Of a stretch of DNA of 64,000 nucleotides, positions 58,737-64,000 are shown piece by piece. Where the stretch lies: NCBI GenBank assembly GCA_031411295.1, contig JANOAV010000038.1:1-64000 (forward strand), given 5' to 3'. The notes beneath the pieces were generated by a model. The model ran no database searches, was not told the origin of the DNA, and saw only the letters and a program-made list of their open reading frames with translations. The stretch is from Verrucomicrobiales bacterium (GTDB taxonomy: Bacteria; Verrucomicrobiota; Verrucomicrobiia; Verrucomicrobiales; V1-33). A program made the position numbers and the translations under genes. Each line of letters begins with the position of its first letter. The stretch's first letter is position 1.

Positions 58737-58860
58737 TGGTTACAACTTTGTTTCCACCTCTTTGTCATAATTTGCCATTTATGTCACGTTGCAACGCTCT
58801 AATGTAACTGAACTGTTACTAAAATGGCTCCGGCCTAGATTATTCGTCTGACAAATGTAA

Positions 58861-59028
58861 ATGATCGGCCCAATGGGTGAAGTTTCCGCGCAGTAACTCA
58901 TTGACGCCATCAACACCACTTCCGCCAGCAGCAACGGTGTGCCGCTGCTGCTCCCAGCGCAGCCGAATCCCACGATCCTGGATGTGGCGGCCAAGCTGGA
59001 TGAGTTGATTCAGGCGCTGCGGAGGTAG
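58861..59028 (+). pseudogene. Gene remnant (GPMGEVSAQ*LIDAI..KLDELIQALRR*)
   Basis: Protein-like frame with an internal TAA at 58894-58896. It resembles, from memory, the C-terminus of collagen-like proteins common in Verrucomicrobia. Confidence 0.5.
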
Positions 59029-59058
59029 CGACGGGCTGAGGGCGGAGGACAGCGCTGT

Positions 59059-59458
59059 GTAGTCCCGGACTTTAGTCCGCCAGCCATCGCGTCCTCCATG
59101 TGGACCAGATTCTTTGTCTGGCGGTTTCGTTTGCCGAATCTGCCTCTTGAGCGTTCTGGGGTGGATTGGTGTTAGCGGACTAACAGTCCGGGACTACTCG
59201 GCATGAGTTTTCGTAAATCGTATCCTTCGGGGCTTTCGTCCCTCGGCGGGTTGGCTGCGGGGTGCTGCCGACTGAGGACAGTCGGCACACGTTCCTAAGA
59301 ATGTGTCCTGGCTGTCCTCAGCTGGGAACGATGGCCAGTGGGATCATGCTTGTTCAACATGAAAAGAACATCCGCTGGAGTCCCGTCTTTAGACGGTGGA
59401 TCATGATGGGCTCATACTGCGGGCTGGGCGGGGGGCTCCGGTTGAAGCCGGGACTCCA
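59059..59458. repeat. REP/REPIN-like cluster copy 2 (module B, module A, module C)
   Basis: B: GTAGTCCCGGACTTTAGTCCGC..GCGGACTAACAGTCCGGGACTAC (59059-59197). A: 59250-59351. C: TGGAGTCCCGTCTTTAGACGG..CCGGTTGAAGCCGGGACTCCA (59376-59458). Confidence 0.85.
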
Positions 59459-59596
59459 ACGAATGTTGCGGGCTTGAAATTTCGTAAACCGATCTGCCGC
59501 CAGAGCGAAAAGCTTGCAGCATTCTCGCTCTACAAATGCGCGAACGCCCATTCTACCAGGCATGGCGCGGGTCTCGTTACCTGCTCGCCCTCTACG

Positions 59597-60988
59597 TTAG
59601 TAATTTCCCAAGCGCTTCACGACTTGTAGTGGCAACTGGGCGGAGACGGTTTGGTAGTAGGCTTGGGCGGCTGGGGCGTCGAACTCTTTCCAGCGGCGGA
59701 GCAAGGCGGTTAGACTGTCGGTGAGGGCGTTGGGGTCGGTTATTTTGGAGGCGATATCGAGGGCCTTGAGGGGTTCGTTCTCGACGATCATTTCACTGGC
59801 ATCGGTGCGGATGCGGTCGGCATCCGGGCCGGCGGGTTGTTGCTCGACCCATTTAGTTAAATTGGTGGGGGAAACGGCGGCCCAGGTGCGGACGACGTTG
59901 TCCAGGGCATCGCTGGATTCCTTGGTGGTGGGCAAGCCAACAACCCATGTTAGTGCTTTCTCGGGTTCCAAGCCTGCCCAAGTCTCGGCAATGGCAGGGA
60001 TGGCGCTGGCGCGTGTTTCCCCTGCGGGAAATTTGGCCGCCCAGGCAGCGGTAACTTCGGGCGCGCTGGTGGCCCACATAGATAGCAGTGTGGCAGCCGC
60101 TTCGGGTTGATGCTTAGGATCAAGAGACTTCACCCAGGTGGAGGCCGCAGTGGGATCCTGGGCCCCCCAAGATTGGATCAAGGCATCTACAATCTCTGGC
60201 GCATCTGTGGTGTTGAGCTTCGTCTTCACCCAGGCGGCGGCCTCGGTGCGCGCTTGTTCGGTCCATTCCGTGGCGAGGCGTGAGAGGGCGGAGTTGCGGC
60301 GGTTTTTATCCGGGAAGGCTTCCGCCCAGTGTGCCGCAGCAGCGGGATCAATGGCGGCCCAGGAGCTGAGCACTTTGCTGAGAGCGGCATCGGACAAGGT
60401 GCCGCCGGGGAGCGAGGCAACCCATGCAGAAGCGGCTTGGGGATCGCGTGCGGCCCAGAGTTCGGCAATGAAGGCATTGGATTCGGCGGCTACCGGGCCG
60501 TGAAGATTGGTAGCGACAAATTTGCTAGCAGCAGCAGGATCCTTTTCCGCCCAGCCGGCACAGGCGGCGGCAATGGTAGTCTTCTGCTGATCTCCCACGG
60601 GCAGGGTTTGGGCTTGAGCCAGGGCGGCAGCGGGATCCTGCTGGGCCCAGGCCTTCATCAAGGCGCGGAGAAATTCGGTGCGGTCTGCGTAGTTAGTAAT
60701 GCCCATGCCAACTTCCCATGCGTGCCGGGGATCCTTGGCTGCGAGTTGGCGCGCAAGATCACCCAGCGCACGGGAGCGATCTTCAAAGGAAACGGTCTCC
60801 AAAGCAGTCTTTAAATTTGGCTCCCCTGCGGAGACAACGGCAGGCTGCGGGGCAGGCGAGGTGCTTGCTGCTGGAGGAGTCTGCTTGGTGGAAGAAACAA
60901 CAGTTGCCGCTGGCCAATAGCGCATGGCGAGCGCGCCTGCGGTGGTTCCGAAGACAAGGACGAGCAAATGGGTGGCGGCAGATTTCAT
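59597..60988 (-). CDS. Membrane-anchored alpha-helical repeat protein (WAxxDPxAA repeats)
   Basis: N-terminal hydrophobic anchor, Pro/Ser linker, then about ten repeats of about 32 aa such as WAQQDPAAAL, WAEKDPAAAS and WAARDPQAAS. Confidence 0.75.
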   Translation of the reverse strand: MKSAATHLLVLVFGTTAGALAMRYWPAATVVSSTKQTPPAASTSPAPQPAVVSAGEPNLKTALETVSFEDRSRALGDLARQLAAKDPRHAWEVGMGITNYADRTEFLRALMKAWAQQDPAAALAQAQTLPVGDQQKTTIAAACAGWAEKDPAAASKFVATNLHGPVAAESNAFIAELWAARDPQAASAWVASLPGGTLSDAALSKVLSSWAAIDPAAAAHWAEAFPDKNRRNSALSRLATEWTEQARTEAAAWVKTKLNTTDAPEIVDALIQSWGAQDPTAASTWVKSLDPKHQPEAAATLLSMWATSAPEVTAAWAAKFPAGETRASAIPAIAETWAGLEPEKALTWVVGLPTTKESSDALDNVVRTWAAVSPTNLTKWVEQQPAGPDADRIRTDASEMIVENEPLKALDIASKITDPNALTDSLTALLRRWKEFDAPAAQAYYQTVSAQLPLQVVKRLGNY

Positions 60989-61056
60989 GGCAAAGTAGGG
61001 GAAATGAGAAGGATACGGCTTGGGGAGGGATCAATGAGGAGGAACCCTTGCGAATT

Positions 61057-61089
61057 GCTGGGCACCGCCTGGTCGAGGCGGTGCCCAGC
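61057..61089. terminator. Perfect 14-bp GC-rich hairpin downstream of the Asp-rich gene
   Basis: GCTGGGCACCGCCT-GGTCG-AGGCGGTGCCCAGC; weak U-tract. Confidence 0.45.
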
Positions 61090-61136
61090 TGGAGTGCTAG
61101 CTCCGAGGCGCAAATCAGGTCTGCGACCAGATTAAC

Positions 61137-62075
61137 TTAAGGGACGGTGGGAGGAACAACTACGACATCGTCGTCGTCGTCTTCTGTTTCGTCGTCATTG
61201 TCACCATTGTGGCCACCGTCGTGGTTGCCGTCATGGTGGTGTCCGTCGTCGTCGATGCCGTCATGGTCATCGTCGTCGTCGTCGTCGTTATCGGCGGTGC
61301 CGTCATGATCGTCGTCGTCATCTGCATCGGCAGTGCCGTCGCCATCATCGTCGTCATCCACGCCATCTTTGTGGCCGTCACCATCGGTGTCGTCTTCGTC
61401 AGCGTCAGCGTTTAGTTTGCCGTCGCCATCAACGTCGTCTTCGGCCACGGCATTATCTGCCAGACCGTCTCCGTCGATGTCGTCTTCGGCACTGGCGTCA
61501 TCGGCCTTGCCGTCACCATCGATGTCGGTTTCCGTGGCGGAGTCGTCGTCTTTGCCGTCGCCATCGATGTCGGTTTCGTTGAGGCTGTCGTCTTGGCGGC
61601 CATCACCATCTTCGTCAGTTTCCGTAGCGGCATCGTCGGCTTTGCCGTCACCATCGATGTCGGTTTCGTTGGCCGCGTCATCAGCCTTGGCATCGCCATC
61701 GATGTCGGTTTCCGTGGCGGCGTCATCTTTCTTGCCATCGCCATCGATATCCGTTTCAGCGAGGGAGTCGTCCTTCAGGCCGTCGCCATCGATGTCCAAT
61801 TCCTTGGGGTCATCGTTGTTGAGACGGTCTCCGATGAAGCGGCCTTTGAAGGGGCCACTGCGGGCGATGCCGCCATCGACATTGGGATCACGGCCATTGG
61901 GGATGCCGTCATTGTCCACGTCTGGATCGACGATGTTGGCGATACCATCACCATCGAGATCGTCAGCGGGGTTCACTTTGGCTTGGGCTTTGCCAAGTCC
62001 CAGAGCAACGGTCACAGCAGCCAGAATGACTGCGGAGCGGAAGCCCTGTGCGGGTTTGAGTAGTTTGGTTTTCAT
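61137..62075 (-). CDS. Secreted Asp-rich DxDGDG (TSP3-like) repeat protein, probable Ca2+ binder
   Basis: Signal peptide (AQA-K); repeated ETDIDGDGKADDAA; Asp/His-rich tail. Confidence 0.8.
   Translation of the reverse strand: MKTKLLKPAQGFRSAVILAAVTVALGLGKAQAKVNPADDLDGDGIANIVDPDVDNDGIPNGRDPNVDGGIARSGPFKGRFIGDRLNNDDPKELDIDGDGLKDDSLAETDIDGDGKKDDAATETDIDGDAKADDAANETDIDGDGKADDAATETDEDGDGRQDDSLNETDIDGDGKDDDSATETDIDGDGKADDASAEDDIDGDGLADNAVAEDDVDGDGKLNADADEDDTDGDGHKDGVDDDDDGDGTADADDDDDHDGTADNDDDDDDDHDGIDDDGHHHDGNHDGGHNGDNDDETEDDDDDVVVVPPTVP
61353..61802 (-). repeat. Ten 45-bp (15-aa) coding tandem repeats
   Basis: From ELDIDGDGLKDDSLA to EDDTDGDGHKDGVDD; the DNA unit CCATCGATGTCGGTTTC recurs. Confidence 0.85.
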
Positions 62076-62291
62076 GTGGTTTATTCGGTTTGTTTTTTCC
62101 CACTGGGGTTTATACTGTCATAGTTTCTAGCGAAACAGGCGGGGCTTCGGCTTAGTCTTTTGGACTAGCCGGGGCTCCGTCGTTGATCTCAGTAGCGAAT
62201 CTGAGATCTTTTTCCGCCCCTGCTGCAGTGGGAACCGGCAGAAGCGAGAAAGGGTGATGATGGAACAAGAAATTTGCATCAGAAGACGTGC

Positions 62292-63956
62292 TTAAGATTT
62301 TGTTAGTTGCAGGCGCGCGAAGCGACGCATGGTGGAAGGAGCCGGATCCGTGGCCTCGACCCATTCCCATTCCGCGGTGAGCGGCGTGATCGTGAGGGAG
62401 GCACCGACCGGAGTGTCCCAGGAAGTTAAATCGGAGCTGAACTGCGGGGCATAGGTCACACCTCCAGCATTCAGGCCACGGCGGCGGAGGAAACGGAATT
62501 TATAGACGGGTGGCTGGCTGTCATGATTCAGTGTTTGATAGGGCAGCATGCCGTTGCCAGACTGGGTGGTGGTGACAGCATTGGTGCCGGGGATGAACTC
62601 TGGCCGGGCATTGCTCTGGGGATCCAAGTTGAGGGCAAATTCCAACAAGTTATTCAGGCCGTCGCCATCCGCATCAGCCGTGGGGAGCGCATCCGGTCCG
62701 ACGAGCAAATTATCAACTGCCCAGCTCGCGAAGGCGTCTTTCGTGATGCTCACGGTGGCGGTGGAAACCACGCTGACGCTATTGCCCACGGCGTCTGTCA
62801 GATCCAGTAAGATCGTGGCTACTCCTGCGACGGAATTCGTTGGCACCGTCAGGGGGATTTTGTAAGTTCCGTTGGTGGCAGAACCACTGGTGCGCTGGTT
62901 CAGCAGGAAATCGCTGGTGGCGACAATTTCCACCTGATTAGGACCGGCTGGCAGCGCCAGGGAAATCGTGCCAGCCTTGAAGCCGCTGAGGTTATCCGCA
63001 ATAATCAGGGTGGTATTAAATGTTGCGTCAGCGCTGGTCACGTCCACCGTCGCAAGTGCCGGAACGGCCGATATTAGGGTGGGCGCTGCGAGGTCAACGC
63101 TGCCCGTATTGGTAACGGGAAGACCAGCCCCCAAGGCTGCGGGAAGGCTCTGCCAGCCGAACCCTCCAACCACGAAGACATAATCGGGATCACTTACTGT
63201 CGTGGCTAAAGAAATGGCAAACGGCAGCGTCCCTGGCGGGGTATACCGCGGCACGGTGAATCGAAGTTGATAGGTGCCAGCGGTGGTCGTGCCGGAAATG
63301 CGATCAGTATCAGAAAACGGGGAGACTGTCAGCAGGGCGCCTTTCGGGGTGTAGAGTTCGAAAAGCCCCGTGCTCAGCGGATTGCCACTGGCAATGGTAA
63401 ACTGCACCGTAACGTTGACGTTGGCGGAGGTTACGTTGGCTGGAGTTGCGCTGTAAGTTACATTGGTAACTAAATTTGCCGGTGCGCCCACGCTCTGTAG
63501 ATTCAAGGAAATATTTCCCGTCGCCCCCTGAAATCCCTGCACCGCAATGGCATAAACCACGCCCGCCGTGGCCTCGAAGCGCACTCGACTGGTGGACACC
63601 TGACCAGGGAGCACTGGGTCATCATCATCTGCTGCCACCCGCACCAGAGCGGTCATCGCAGCTGACTTATAAACTGCCAAAATGGTATCGAAATCACTGC
63701 CCGTTGTCGCCAGTTCGAACCAGCCCGTGGCAGGCGCTGTCCACGACCACCAGACGGAGGCCCCCGCAGCATCATTCGGCAGAGGTGCGGGCTCGCCCAC
63801 TTCTGCGGTAGCGCCAAGATTGTTGCCCGTCGCATTGATGGGGGCCCCTGTGAGAGCTGTGGCACTTGCCAAACCGTCATTTGCCGGAACCGCCACGGCG
63901 CTTGTGGAAAGCGCTAAGGAAAACAATGTAAATATTATAATGTGGGAGAGGCTCAC
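62292..63956 (-). CDS. Secreted protein with a PPC-like N-terminal domain and the shared C-terminal domain
   Basis: Signal peptide; PAND..ATAEVGEP..SVWWSWTAP..SDFDTILAVY..YAIAVQG; ends DADGDGLNNLLEFALN..SSDLTSW..RRFARLQLTKS. Confidence 0.75.
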   Translation of the reverse strand: MSLSHIIIFTLFSLALSTSAVAVPANDGLASATALTGAPINATGNNLGATAEVGEPAPLPNDAAGASVWWSWTAPATGWFELATTGSDFDTILAVYKSAAMTALVRVAADDDDPVLPGQVSTSRVRFEATAGVVYAIAVQGFQGATGNISLNLQSVGAPANLVTNVTYSATPANVTSANVNVTVQFTIASGNPLSTGLFELYTPKGALLTVSPFSDTDRISGTTTAGTYQLRFTVPRYTPPGTLPFAISLATTVSDPDYVFVVGGFGWQSLPAALGAGLPVTNTGSVDLAAPTLISAVPALATVDVTSADATFNTTLIIADNLSGFKAGTISLALPAGPNQVEIVATSDFLLNQRTSGSATNGTYKIPLTVPTNSVAGVATILLDLTDAVGNSVSVVSTATVSITKDAFASWAVDNLLVGPDALPTADADGDGLNNLLEFALNLDPQSNARPEFIPGTNAVTTTQSGNGMLPYQTLNHDSQPPVYKFRFLRRRGLNAGGVTYAPQFSSDLTSWDTPVGASLTITPLTAEWEWVEATDPAPSTMRRFARLQLTKS

Positions 63957-64000
63957 GAGAGTTCGGATGTGGAATAATCTGGCGCTCAGCAGAGTAGCAG

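Noticed and set aside
58762..58787. TTGTCAT/TTGCCAT/ATGTCAC as a Pho box
   Set aside because: Half-site spacing is 10 and 9 bp rather than 11, and the orientation is opposite to the adjacent intact gene.
55114..59458. Composite transposon or IS pair
   Set aside because: No transposase ORF or target-site duplication seen, and the module order differs between the flanks.
61353..61802. 45-bp periodic repeats as a CRISPR array
   Set aside because: In-frame coding repeats with codon-level variation, no unique spacers and no cas genes.
61333..62130. Ser/Pro-rich 265-aa + strand ORF
   Set aside because: Antisense translation of the Asp-rich repeat gene.

Overview
Bacterial chromosomal window, most consistent with Verrucomicrobiota. 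This is inferred from a PEP-CTERM protein, a PSD1/DUF1553 + DUF1501 pair, a lamin-tail/CotH protein and autotransporter-repeat proteins. It has three parts. (1) 1-18.1 kb, + strand: a surface polysaccharide locus with GT4/GT2 glycosyltransferases, a Wzy-like membrane protein, an O-antigen-ligase-like protein and three tailoring enzymes (acyltransferase-3, AsnB amidotransferase, carbamoyltransferase). An HNH module and a Uma2 gene interrupt it. (2) 18.2-36.2 kb: mostly housekeeping genes (pfkA, D,D-carboxypeptidase, ftsH, rsfS, dusB, rho, coaE, infC, TIGR01777), plus an unannotated 29-aa basic sORF and several probable non-AUG starts. (3) 36.3-64 kb: an accessory block of large secreted proteins. 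Six otherwise unrelated proteins end in the same C-terminal domain (SxDLxxW...RRFxRL...P), a candidate protein-sorting signal. The block includes a CotH-family kinase-like / TPR / purple acid phosphatase operon with a Pho-box-like repeat and a C12 tract upstream, shuffled REP/REPIN-like modules, pseudogenes and an Asp-rich DxDGDG repeat protein. Several genes are split by single-base indels in homopolymers, which may be long-read assembly errors. No tRNA, rRNA, CRISPR array or transposase was recognised. All family calls come from motif recognition by eye; no searches were run.
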